From the NCBI GenBank assembly GCA_964016885.1, contig OZ024762.1, forward strand, positions 26,040,001 through 26,104,000: a stretch of 64,000 nucleotides of DNA, read 5' to 3'. The notes under the pieces were generated by a model. The model did no database searches and was not told where the DNA came from. It saw nothing but the letters and a program-made list of their open reading frames with translations. A program made the position numbers and the translations under genes. This DNA is from Eledone cirrhosa. Its lineage: Eukaryota. Positions 26,305 through 39,800 of the stretch are shown piece by piece; position 1 is the first letter of the stretch; the number at the start of each line of letters is the position of its first letter.

Positions 26305-27640
26305 AAAAAAGTAAGTCCTTCATCAGTGACCCTCCAACCGTCCCAGGCATTTCATCGCTTTAAGGGCCATATGCCTCAGGTTGGTGCGAACAACGGCTAA
26401 AAAAAGTCGTTGGGACACGTAAACAAAGGGGACGCCAGGGTAACAAACAAAGAGGTTTAAGCAACGGAAAGTGAGAAGAAATAGACAAGTCCCAGATCTC
26501 TATGAATATAAACTCGGTGAAATCGTGAACAAGAGACAAAAGACCATCAAACCTGGTTGAAATGTGAGCAAGGAAAGAATTTCGCACAAGCCTAACGGAA
26601 GGGAAAAAAGAGAAGAAGAAGAAGAAGAAGAAGAAGAAGAAGAAGAAGAAGAAGAAGAAGAAGAAGATAAAGGGGTCTGGTCTACGAATTCGGTAAACAT
26701 AAGTTTTGTGAAGTCGCAGACGAAAGAGAGAGAGAGAAAAAATTTCCATACCAGCTTGGTCAAGACCGCGCGAGAAAAGAATTACACACAGGTCAAACTT
26801 GAAGGAGAAGGAGGAAAGAGGAGGAGGAGAGGTAGTGACAGAGAATGAGTGAAAGTTGAGGAGGAGGCTAACAGAGAGAGAGAGACTGCTAGAAAGGGTA
26901 AAAGGTAACGAACAGACGAGTGGCAGCAGAAGAAAAATTATGTGTAAATATGATAATAATGATGGCTGCACGTTGCAAATGGTGGGGCATATGAAAAAGT
27001 AAGTCCTTCATCAGTGACCCTCCAACCGTCCCAGGCATTTCATCGCTTTAAGGGCCATATGCCTCAGGTTGGTGCGAACAACGGCTAAAAAAAGTCGTTG
27101 GGACACGTAAACAAAGGGGACGCCAGGGTAACAAACAAAAAGGTTTAAGCAACGGAAAGTGAGAAGAACTGCGACTTCACAAAACTTATGTTTACCGAAT
27201 TCGTAGACCAGACCCCTTCTTCTTCTTCTTCTTCTTCTTCTTCTTCTTCTTCTTCTTCTTCTTCTTCTTCTTCTTCTTCTTCTTCTTCTTCTCTCCCCCC
27301 CCCCCCGTTAGACTTGTGCGAAATTCTTTCCTTGCTCACATTTCAACCAGGTTTGATGGTCTTTTGTCTCTTGTTCACGATTTCACCGAGTTTATATTCA
27401 TAGAGATCTGGGACTTGTCTATTTCTTCTCACTTTCCGTTGCTTAAACCTTTTTGTTTGTTACCCTGGCGTCCCCTTTGTTTACGTGTCCCAACGACTTT
27501 TTTTAGCCGTTGTTCGCACCAACCTGAGGCATATGGCCCTTAAAGCGATGAAATGCCTGGGACGGTTGGAGGGTCACTGATGAAGGACTTACTTTTTCAT
27601 ATGCCCCACCATTTGCAACGTGCAGCCATCATTATTATCA
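26305..27640. mobile_element. ORF-less element: 688-bp partial tandem repeat on - plus an inverted copy on +, with three permuted hammerheads
   Basis: 26305-26478 repeats at 26994-27166; 27166-27640 is the reverse complement of parts of the unit; (TA)n flanks. Confidence 0.85.
27514..27584 (+). ncRNA. Non-circularly permuted hammerhead, variant A (also 26319-26389 and 27007-27077 on -)
   Basis: tcgc a ccaacc tg aggcat A | tggccct taaa gcga t GAA atgcct gggac ggttgg agggtca CTGATGA a. Confidence 0.78.
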
Positions 27641-28267
27641 TATATATATTATATATAATAATATATGTAGTAAGAAACACTGTAAATCGTGCGTCTAATA
27701 TTACGAGGGTTGAAGAACCACATTTGTTTGAAATATTTAACCATGAAGCAGACAGAATGATAAAATAAAATAAAATTATATTATACAACCCGTCTCAATA
27801 ACTATTATATCTCTCGGACAGATTAAGGATTAATCTGTTTCGCCCTGAGTGTGTTTTGTAACAGATAATCGACGGGCATCAGGTAACGATGACACGCCCA
27901 CTAAACAAACTGAAGGAGAGCGGGTAGCGGAGGCAGCAAGCCTCTCCACTGAAAGTATAATGATTATTAGAAACATTGAAAAAATGGAGCCTAACCCTAA
28001 TGAAAAAAATGTGAAAAAAATTCACTCGGAGAAATTGCCAACATTAATGGATGCCGTTTCGACTTTTCACGGTGCCACGCCCACCAGCAAAGGTGAAAGA
28101 GAGGTAGTAGCTGTGACTACAAGTCTCTCGGATACTGAAAATATAAGTGAACTTTTTGAAAAAAATGGAGTCTAACCCCAACGGGGAAAAAAAGTGAACG
28201 CATACACCAACATAAATAACACAAACACAACAAGAATTGAAAATTGTAACAACAAAAAACAGAACAG

Positions 28268-30287
28268 GTTGGCGCTTGTCGTGGGTAGCCTGGTGGGAGA
28301 TGCGCAGACATGCGCTATCCCGTCCAGGTCACTTCACGACAACCTCCACCTCATGCGATACCTCATAGAGAGGGTTGGGAACGAACCCGGCTTTGGTGGG
28401 GCCCTGATCAACTTGGATCAGTCTAAGGCCGGGTCGACCATGGTTACCTGGATGCGGTGCTAGCGGCGGCTGGTTTCGGACCCGTTTTCAGGGGCGGGAT
28501 CACTGCCATGCGTAGCAGCCACATCTGCTCTAGAGTCAACATGAACGGCTACCTCTCGGAGCCTTTCGAAATCGCCCGGTCCATCCGACAAGGGTGCCCT
28601 CTCTCCTCTCTTCTGTATGTATTGGCTCTCGAGCCACTGCTGCGGAAGTTGGAGTTGTTGCAGGGCATCCCTTTGGAACCGGGATTGCGGAAAGCGGTGT
28701 CGGCCTACGCCGATGACGTAACAGTAATGGTGTCGACCACCGCGGAAATCGGCATCTTACTGGAGGAGTACGAAAGGGGCTAAGCTGAACCGGGACAAGT
28801 CGATCGATTTGCAACTCGGCACGTGGAGGGGCAGACCGATGCCCTCCGATGGCGTCGTCGGACGCTGGACGGAGGGTCGGGTGAAGTTGCTCGGGGTCTG
28901 GTTTGGACCAGACCTCCAGGTGGGGAAGAACTGGGGCGAGGTTTCGAACAGGATGTCTGCACTGACCCAGAAGTGGGCCAAGTGCAAACTATCCCTGAAA
29001 GGTCGGGCGGATGTGACGAACACTTATATAGCGTCCGTCATCTACTACCCCCTGTCCGTCGTGCCTTACCGTAGGGAAACGCTCACCAAAATGGAGCGCA
29101 CACACTTCCAATTCCTTTGGAAAAAGCGGGCTCCTTTGGTGAGGAGATCCATCTGTTGTCAACACCCTTCGAAAGGAGGGCTGGGGATGCCGTGGCTGCT
29201 GATGCGTAAACACGCATTAAGGCTACGGCAGCTCCAGGTATTCCTCACCGGTCAACCGGTGTGGGCCCCGTTTGTGAGACGAACCTTTCCCAGACTCGTC
29301 TCACTCACCGAGTTGCAGTCCTGGGTGAAGCAAAGACCGAGAAAACTGGGCGCCTGGCACACAGAGTGTGCCCAGGCGATCACGGCTCTCAGGCAAGCGG
29401 ACCTGGTTATCAGTGGAGACTCCACCTCGACATTCTATAGAGGGCTGGTGGCTAGGAGGTGCAACGACGCCCTCGGAGAAGCCCTAGACATGGAGGAAGA
29501 CGAACTGGCCAGCCTGTTCGGTAGGACATTTAGCTCGGGAACTATGGACAACTTCCAGAGGTCCCTGGCCTGGCAGTGCTACCGAGGGTCTCTGCCCGTT
29601 CGAGAAAATCTCTACAGACACGGGCGCCCGGGTAGGGACCCCGCCCAAAAGATCTGTCCCAGATGCGTGCGCGACGAGGAAACTGTCGCGCATGCATTGG
29701 TATACTGCCTGGGCATCGCGGATCTGTGGGGCTGTGTCGAACGACTGCTGTCACGGGTGGGACCTATCCGGTTGACCACCGAGTCCATTATAACGATCAC
29801 GCCGCCTCCCCACTTCAAAGATGAAGGAGAGGCGGTGTTTCTGTGCGTAATAGCCATGGTGAAAGAGGTTGTATGATGGACGTGTTTGAAAGGACTGAGG
29901 TCAGACACCTTCCTCTCTGGCCAACAACTGGTCCTTTTCTTCCGATATTATTACGGAAGAAGGATCAGGATGGAAAGAGAGGTGCTCCACCCCAGCCAGT
30001 TTTATGAGAATGGCCCGTGTGAATGGGCCTTCTCTCTATATCAGCCTGTAGGTAAAAAAGATGGAAGAACAAGGGAGCACCCTCTGTCTGTGCTCCTGAG
30101 GAGAAGGGTTGCACACTTTTTCGGGGGTGTGTGCGACGACCCCCCAAACGCCTCCTCCCGATTGAGGACTTTATTGTTAACCTTATATTTGTCATTTGTT
30201 TTTTTTTCTCGTTCTTTTGTGTAAACTCTCCCCCCCCCTTTGTATTTGTCCCCTTATTTTGTGCCCTCGTGGCAATAAATAGAAACA
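28268..30287 (+). mobile_element. L1/Tx1-clade LINE, ORF2 RT to 3' end, decayed
   Basis: QTCAIPSR, LDQSKA, SIRQGCPLS, AYADD, SLKGR, KGGLG, CPRC..EETVAHALVYC; AATAAA at about 30274, then microsatellite. Confidence 0.9.
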
Positions 30288-30313
30288 TATCTATCTATCT
30301 AGCTCTCCCACCA

Positions 30314-30458
<145 letters not shown>

Positions 30459-30494
30459 GCGTAAGCTTACCTACGATTATTTATGCATACACAA

Positions 30495-30753
30495 CTGTTT
30501 CTACGTTAGGCACAAGGCCAGCAATTACCCAGTGTATTACTGGTACTTTATTTTATCGACCCCGTAAGGATGAAAGGCAAAGTTAACCTCGGCGGGATTT
30601 GAACTCAGAATGGCAAGGGCCGTAACTCTATGCGTCAAAGCATATTTATGTATATATAACTGTTTCTACTTTAGGCACAAGGCCAGCTATTACCCAGTAC
30701 ATTACTGGTACTTTATTTTATCGACCCCGTAAGGCTGAAAGGCAAAGTTAACC
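30495..30753 (-). mobile_element. Two family A SINE fragments
   Basis: Family consensus match. Confidence 0.85.
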
Positions 30754-31131
30754 TATTTATGTATATATAACACTAGTGTAACATACATAACAAAAGAGGA
30801 AAGAATTTAAAGCGAGATTGGTAGAGTTTAATTATGTAAAACAATCGAATGCTAGGAAACAATTGGCTACCGCTTGTTTCATGTATTATTGTCACAGTAA
30901 CTTAAAACATACTTCAGGCTATCCTACTTTTTGTGAAATAGTTTTCTACTAAGCGGAAATTATGTAACTGCATCATAAAACGCTCACCAATTTATAGCCA
31001 ATCACATGCCAGTAGTGAGGATTAGAGTGCCTACGTATGCATAAACACGTACACACACACATATATATATATATACACACATGTATGTATATATATACAC
31101 ACATGTATGTATGTATATCTATACACACATG

Positions 31132-31173
<42 letters not shown>

Positions 31174-31264
31174 ATATACACATAGGTATGTATGTATATA
31201 TATATATAATATACACATAGGTATGTATGTATATATATATATATATAATATACACATATGTATG

Positions 31265-31318
<54 letters not shown>

Positions 31319-31407
31319 ATATACACATAGGTATGTATGTATATATATATATAATATACACATAGGTATGTATGTATATATATATATATAATATACACAT
31401 ATGTATG

Positions 31408-31447
<40 letters not shown>

Positions 31448-31656
31448 ATATACACATAGGTATGTATGTATATATATATATATATAATATACACATAGGT
31501 ATGTATGTATATATATATATATAATATACACATATGTATGTATGTATATATATATATATATATACGTGTGTGTGTGTGTTTGTAACTTTCAGTATATGTC
31601 TGTGTGTATCCAACCGTGAAACATCAGAATAAATACGCCAAAAATCAATGAAAGAA

Positions 31657-32410
31657 CACCACCACCACCACCACCAACAACAACACCAACACCACCGCCA
31701 CCACCATCACCACCACCACCACCACCACCACCAACAACAACACCCCATATCACCGCAACCACCACCACCAACACCACCACCACTACCACACCAACACCAA
31801 CACAACCATCACCAACATAACCACCACCACCACCAACACAACCACCATCACCACCAACACAACCACCAACACCAACACAATCACCACCGCCGCCATCACT
31901 ACCATCACCACCATCCCCACCACCAACAACAACACCCCGTATCACCACTACCACCACCACCAACACCACCATCACCACACCAACACCACCACGAACACTA
32001 CCACCACCATCAACACTACCAGCACCATCAACACCACCACCACAACTACGACCGCCACCGTCACAATCACCACCATCACCACCATCACCACCATCACCAC
32101 ACCAACACAACCACGAACACTACCACCACCATCAACACCACCACCACAACTACGACCGCCACCGTCACAATCACCACCACCACCACCACCACCACCATCA
32201 CCACCATCACCACACCAACACCACCACCATCAACACCACCACCACAACTACGACGACCGCCACCGTCACAATCACCACCATCACCACCATCACCACCAAC
32301 ACCACCATCACCACACCAACACCACCACCATCAACACCACCACCACCACTACGACCACCACCACCGTCACAATCACCACCACCACCACCACCACCACCAC
32401 CATCACCATA
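31657..32410. repeat. (CAC)n-derived array
   Basis: Direct inspection. Confidence 0.92.
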
Positions 32411-32741
32411 ATAATTTTTATTATTACTACTATAACTATTATTGCTACAAGAACGAAATAATTAGGTTGTTTGCTAAAATGCTATTTCCATTGTATTCGC
32501 TGCGATTCTTTAAACAAAGAAACTTGTCTTTTGCAATATTACGACCATTGAATTTCGAGACAATAGTACTTCCGCAACGACTCTGTATTATTCCTATTAC
32601 TGTTTGAATGTTAAATATGTCTTGGAGAAATACCGAAGAATATTTATACAAAAACACACAAACAAAACAAACAAACAAAAAATAATTAAATAAATTAAAC
32701 ACGAAGCATAATAAAGAGAAATAGTTGAATGAATTAATGAA

Positions 32742-34415
32742 TAATTGTTTCTACTTTTGGCACAAGGCCAGCAATTATTCCAGGGTATTACTGGTACTTT
32801 ATTTTATCGACCCCGTAAGGATGAAAGGCAAAGTTAACCTCAGCGGCTTTGAACTCAGATCATAAAGGACCGTAATTCTTTGCTGCAAAGCATAAATGAA
32901 TTAATGAATAATAATAGTAATAATAATTAAAATAATTTCTCATATAGGCACAAGGCCAGCAATTTTTAGAAGGAGGGGAAAGTCGATTAAATCGACCCCA
33001 GTGCGTGACTGGTACTTTATTTTATAAGGATGGAAGGCAAAGTTAACCTCGGCGGGATTTAAACTCAGGTCATAAAGAGCCGTAACTCTGTGCTGCAAAG
33101 CATGGTGTCCGATGCTCTACCGATACTGACAATCCACCGCCCTATAGTAATGATTTCTACTATAAGCACAAGGCTAGTTATTTGGGGGGGGGGAGTCGAT
33201 TAAATTGACCCCAGTGTATTACTGGTACTTTATTTTATCGACCCTGTAAGGATGAAAGGCAAAGCTAACCACGGCGGGATTTGAACTCAGGCCATAAAGA
33301 GCCGTAACTTTGTGCTGCAAAACATGGTGTGTGACACTCTACCCATACTGCCTATCTACCAGACTTATACTACTACTAATAATTGTTTCTACTTTAGGCA
33401 CAAGGCCAGCAATTAGCCAGTGTATTACTGGTACTTTATTTTATACTACTACTAATAATTGTTTCTACTTTAGGCACAAGGCCAGCAAATACCCAGTGTA
33501 TTACTGGTACTTTATTTTATACTACTACTAATAATTGTTTCTACTTTAGGCACAAGGCCAGCAATTAGCCAGTGTATTACTGGTACTTTATTTTATACTA
33601 CTACTAATAATTGTTTCTACTTTAGGCACAAGGCCAGCAATTAGCCAGTGTATTACTGGTACTTTATTTTATACTACTACTAATAATTGTTTCTACTTTA
33701 GGCACAAGGCCAGCAATTAGCCAGTGTATTACTGGTACTTTATTTTATACTACTACTAATAATTGTTTCTACTTTAGGCACAAGGCCAGCAATTAGCCAG
33801 TGTATTACTGGTACTTTATTTTATACTACTACTAATAATTGTTTCTACTTTAGGCACAAGGCCAGCAATTACCCAGTGTATTACTGGTACTTTATTTTAT
33901 CGACCACGTAAGGATGAAAGGCAAAGTTAACCTCGGCGGGATTTGAACTCAGAATGGCAAGGGCCGTAACTCTATGCGTCAAAGCATGGCGTGCGACCCT
34001 CTACCGATACTGCCAATCCACCGCCCTAATAATAATCATTATTTCTTAGGTTAACTTTGCCTTTCATCCTTACGGGGTCGATAAAATAAAGTACCAGTAA
34101 TGCACTGGATAATTGCTGGCCTTGTGCCAAAAAGTAGAAACAATTATTTCTTGTTGACTTTCTTGCTTTCCAGCATAGTTACGTCCCTTTACGATCTGAG
34201 TTCAAATCCCGCCGAGGTTGACTTTGCCTTTCATCCTTACGGGGTCGATAAAATAAAGTACCAGTAATACACTGGATAATTGCTGGCCTTGTGCCTAAAG
34301 TAGAAACAATTATTTCTTGTTGACTTTGCCTTTCATCCTTACGGGGTCAATAAAATAAAGTACCAGTAATGCACTGGGTAATTGCTGGCCTTGTGCCTAA
34401 AGTAGAAACAATTAT
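32742..34415. mobile_element. Cluster of family A SINEs (- until about 34027, + from about 34049), with a 76-bp SINE-tail tandem array at 33366-33900
   Basis: About 7 copies of tatactactactaataattgtttctactttaggcacaaggccagcaattagccagtgtattactggtactttattt. Confidence 0.9.
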
Positions 34416-34666
34416 TTCTTGTTTGTTCAAGTGTATGTATGTGACTGCATGATCGTGTGTGTGTATATGTGTTTGATAGCATGAATGTAGATAGTGTGTG
34501 CAGACGTGTGTGTTGACGTGCGTGTGTGTAAGATTGCATGTGTGTTGTATGTGTGTGTGTGTGACTGCATGTGTGTGATTGCATGAGTGTGTACGTGTGT
34601 GGATTTAATTGCATGAATGTAGACTGTGTGTTGACGTGCGATTGCGTGTCATTGCATGAATGTCTG

Positions 34667-34716
<50 letters not shown>

Positions 34717-34770
34717 AGAATGTGTATGATTGAACGCGTGTGTGTATGTGTGGTTGCATCAGTGTGTGTG

Positions 34771-34810
<40 letters not shown>

Positions 34811-35129
34811 AATGTGTATGATTGAACGCGTGTGTGTATGTGTGTGGTTGCATCAGTGTGTGTATATATATATATGTGTCTGTGTGTGTGTGTGTGTCTA
34901 TGATAACATCATATTTTTATAAGTGAGAAATAAAAGGACAGAGAACGGTAATTAACGAGTTGAGATGTCTTCAGATCTTGAAAGTCCAAATTGATGGAAA
35001 GTTCGGCGTTCTCAGTTGAAACCCCGACCAGGTCAATTATAGCTTTCTTTCTTTTGGAAGTCGTGGAATTGGAAGAAATGTTGGTATGCCTGACGAGTTA
35101 CATCCTGCCACTCTTCAATGAGCCGCAGA

Positions 35130-37570
35130 AGCGCCATATTGACATAGGGTGTTTGTAGGGCGTTTTTTAAAAACCTGGTGCAGCTCATCTCTCTCCAGGT
35201 GTGCATACAGCAGATTTCTTCCAGAGAAGGATAGAGAGAGTGATAGAAAAGAAGTGGGAAAGAGATATAAAGAAACATCGACCCCAGTACGTGACTGGTA
35301 CTATATTTGTCTTTTAGGCCGGTGGATTGGCAGTATCGGTAGAGGGTCAGACACCATGGTCTCCAACATAAATTAACGTCCCTTTACGGTCTGAGTTCAA
35401 ATCCCGTCGAGGTTTACTTTGCCTTTCATCCTTACGGGGTCGATAAAATAAATTACCAGTAATGTACTGTGGTAATTGCTGACCTTGTGCCAAAAGTAGA
35501 AGCAATTATTATCGTAAGTCTCACATGGCATTATATGGGAGAATCAAAAGAGCATCTTACAAACACATCGATCTTCTTGGTTACATAACCTAATGATCTG
35601 AGATCAAATCCTTGTTGAGGATATCTTTTCTGGGCCGTTCAAATATACACAAACCTGATTGACCACATTAATTGCTGGCCTTGTGCCAAAAGTAGAAACA
35701 ATTATATTTGTCTGTATGTGTGGTCCCGTAACTTCTGAGGGAGTCTTGTGGAGGTGGAGGCATATTGACATAGGGTGTTTCCAGGGCATTTATTTTAAAA
35801 CCTGTTGCAGCTCATCTATCCAGGTCTGAATACAGCAGATTTCTCCCAGAGAAAGATAGAGATAGAGTGAGAGAAAGGAAATGAGAAAGATATGTAGAGG
35901 AAGAATCTACCCCAGTACTTGACTGGTACATTTTTATTGACCTGAATGGATAAAATGCAAAGTTGACCTCGGCGGGATTTGAACTCAGAGAGCAGTGGGC
36001 TGAAGTGAATACTACAAAGCAGTATTAAAAGCCGCCAGGGTTAGAATTCTCAGGAAACGCCATCAGTCTATACCCCCCCCCCCACGACTGTAACAGGAGT
36101 TACGGGACCATGCATATAACCCATAATGTAATTGTTTCTACTTTTGGCACAAGGCCAGCAATTACCCAGTACATTACTGGTACTTTATTTTATCGAACCC
36201 GTAAGGATGAAAGGCAAAGTTGACGAAGGTGGGATTTGAACTCAGTCCGTAAAGAGACGTAACTCTATGCTGCATAGCATGGCATCCGATCCTCTACCGA
36301 TACTGCCAATCCATAAGCCATAATATAATTGTTTCTACTTTAGGCACAAGGCCAGCAATTACCCCAGTGCATTACTGGTACTTTATTTTATAGACCACGT
36401 AAGGATGAAAGGCAAAGTTATCCTCGGTGGGATTTGAACTCAGTCCGTAAAGGGACGTGACTCCATGCTGGAAAGCATGGCGTCCGACCTTCTACCGATA
36501 CTGCCAGCCATAATATAATTATTTCTACGTTAGGCACAAGGCCAGCAATTACACAGTGTATTACTGGTGCTTTATTTTATCGACCCCGTAGGGATGAAAG
36601 GCAAAGTTAACCTCGGCGGGATTTGAACTCAGAATGGCAAGGGCCGTAACTCTATACGTCCAAGCATGGCGTCCGACCTTCTAGCAATACTGCCAATCCA
36701 ATGGTGGGAATTGGTAGAGTCGTTAGAATGTCGCATAAAATGTTTTGTGGTATTTGTTTCGGTTGTTTGTTCTCGGAGTTCATATTCTTACTGAGGTCAA
36801 CATTGCCTTTCATCCATTCAAGGTGGATAAAAAAAGTACCAGTCAAGTACTGGGGTCGATTCTCCATCTATAACTCTTCCTCACTTCTTTTCTCTCACTC
36901 TTTATCATTCTCTGGAAGAAATCTACTGCATTCAGACCTGGAGAGGGGATGGTCAACTTTGTCTTTCCTCCATTCCAAGTCAGTAAGAAATGTACCAGTT
37001 CAGTACTGATGTCTATTCTTCATGTGTCACTCTGTCTCTCTTCCATTCTCTCACCCTGTATCCTTCTCTGGAAGTAATCTGCTGGAAAGTATATAGGCTC
37101 CACCAATTCTTTTTCAATGGATTAGAAACGCCGTATGCCACCAGTACGGCACGACTCTATCACGAGTTACGGGACCATACATACACAACACATAAGAAAT
37201 CTGCTATCTTCAGACCAGGAGAGTATATGGGCTCCACTATTTTTTTTTAAATCACTAGAAACACCATAGGTCAGTACGGTGCCCCTACGACTCTATCTGA
37301 AGTTACGGGATCATGTATACATACGCAACCCACGAGAAAGCTGCTGGAGAGTATATGGACTTCACCAGGCTTTAAAAACTGCACTAGAAACGCCGTTATG
37401 TCAATATAGCGCTCCAACGACTCTATCATGAATTACAGGATCATATATACACAAGCTATGAGAAAGCTGGTGTATTCAGACCTGTAGAGTATATAGGCTT
37501 CAACGGGGGTTTTTTAAGGCACTAGAAATGCCGTATCTCAATACAGCGCCTCTACTATTCTATCAGGAGC
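35130..37570. mobile_element. Family A SINE copies interleaved with a diverged, roughly 120-130-bp repeat in both orientations
   Basis: SINEs at 35317-35510 (+), 36130-36700 (-) and 36700-36860 (+); repeated ..tcagacc.ggagagtatat.ggctccac..actagaaac.cc units at 37050-37570 with inverted relatives at 35130 and 35740. Confidence 0.7.
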
Positions 37571-38016
37571 TATAGCCCACAATGTTCTCCATAAAAGTGG
37601 GAAATATATATAAGACATTTCATTAAAAAGCGAAGGCTATAGTATATCTCCTTGCAAGACACCACTACCACCACCAACACCATCACCACGCACCAGCCCT
37701 TTCACTAGAAAAAAGGTTAATTTCTATTTCAATTTATTTCAATTTATTTTACCACTAATCATGTATATGGTATACAAATCAATCAGATATATTTCTCTCT
37801 CGCCGCTATCTCTACCCCTACTCACCGCCGCCCTTTATTTGGTGGTGTGTTATCCAGGAAATGAATGATGCCAAAGGCTAATTTATAATGAATGTATTTT
37901 ATTGTGGCAGTTGTAGGTACGTCGGCTCTTGCAACCATTGGAGTATACATTATCTAACGGTAATTGGTTCGCAGTATATGTAAAGTTCTCCAGGATATAC
38001 TTTCTGATCCAGTCGA

Positions 38017-38109
<93 letters not shown>

Positions 38110-38193
38110 ATGGCTGTCTATCTAAATATCTGTCTGTCTGTTTATCTAACTATCACTCAATCTTTGTCTCTAAAGATTAATATACATACATAC

Positions 38194-38276
<83 letters not shown>

Positions 38277-38321
38277 CATATATATACACGTATATATAAT
38301 ATATATATACAATATATATAC

Positions 38322-38353
<32 letters not shown>

Positions 38354-38445
38354 GTATATACATATGTATACATACATATATATATATAAATTTATACGTA
38401 TACATATATACATATATATATATTTATACGTATACATACATACAT

Positions 38446-38546
<101 letters not shown>

Positions 38547-38576
38547 CATAGTAATATGGATATAGAAATATGTATA

Positions 38577-38648
<72 letters not shown>

Positions 38649-38674
38649 GTAATATGGATATAGAAATATGTATA

Positions 38675-38760
<86 letters not shown>

Positions 38761-39564
38761 TATATATATATATTTATATACAGAGAGAGAGAGAACTTAG
38801 TAGTTTGCTTGACGCATTGCGGAATACAAAATACATAGCATTTAATAATCCGATATTTCGGGTGAAAAATACTCATTTTCAAGGAATGTGAGGGACAGGA
38901 GAACGCTCTAGGGCAAGTGTGTTGTTTTTCACGTTTGTCGGAAATGTTGAAGTATGAAGTATGTATAGAAATGTCGTTAGAGAGTGAAGAAGAAGAAATA
39001 ATATGAATAGTAATAATAATTTCAATGAAGCAGCAGACACCTAACTGCTCGACCTGCAGAAGAAACCCGTGTTTGTATGTTTGTGGTTTGTGTGGTTTAC
39101 GAGGAGAGAGGATAGTATTAAAAATCACCAAATGCTTCCTTCGTGTCAAGTTATACAGAGCATTTGTTGTTATTGTTGTTTTCGTGGTGGACATTACAAT
39201 TCCGATCCGATTGTTTGAAGACTACCTACATAATGAAGGTCTTTTCTTCGCCTTCTTCGCTTTCGTCTTCTTCGCTTTCTTCTTCTTCTTCTTCTTCTTC
39301 TTCTTCTTCTTCTTCTTCTTCTTCTTCTTCTTCTTCTTCTTCTTCTTCTTCTTCTTTTTCTTTTTTTCTTTTTTCTTTTTTCTATTTTCTTTTTCTTTTT
39401 CATTTTCTTTTTCATTTTCTTTTTCTTTTTCTTTTTCATTTTCTTTTTCATTTTCTTTTTCATTTTCTTTTTCATTTTCTTTTTCTTTTTCTTTTCCTTT
39501 TTCTTTTTCTTTTTCTTTTTCTTTTTCTTTTTCTTTTTCTTTTTCTTCTTCTTCTTCTTTCGTT

Positions 39565-39800
39565 AGAGACCTTTAACACTTCTTCCAGCGTGTCCTATCA
39601 GAAGAAGCAACAATCTACAATTCATCCAGCTGGCTGGATCTCCAAGCGAGCCACAACCTTGTTCATGGATGTTATCCAACCATCTTGCTCTAGGTCTACA
39701 CCCACCTGAGTCTCCTGCCGGTTTGTTTTGCCCATAAAATCTGTCCAACAATTCTTTTGTAAGACTTTCGACTCCCATGTCTATAATACAGGAGCTGTGA
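39565..39800 (-). pseudogene. RTE-clade LINE 3' fragment next to a (GAA)n tract
   Basis: RPRARWLD motif typical of the RTE C-terminus. Confidence 0.55.

Noticed and set aside
27007-27077. HDV-like, pistol or twister ribozyme, or SECIS, as the explanation for the pseudoknot
   Set aside because: Helix nesting and conserved nucleotides do not fit those folds, whereas the hammerhead core is fully accounted for on the opposite strand
39025-39240. Short ORF start with CxxC..CxxC pattern
   Set aside because: Runs into poly-F from (CTT)n; no recognisable domain or splice support
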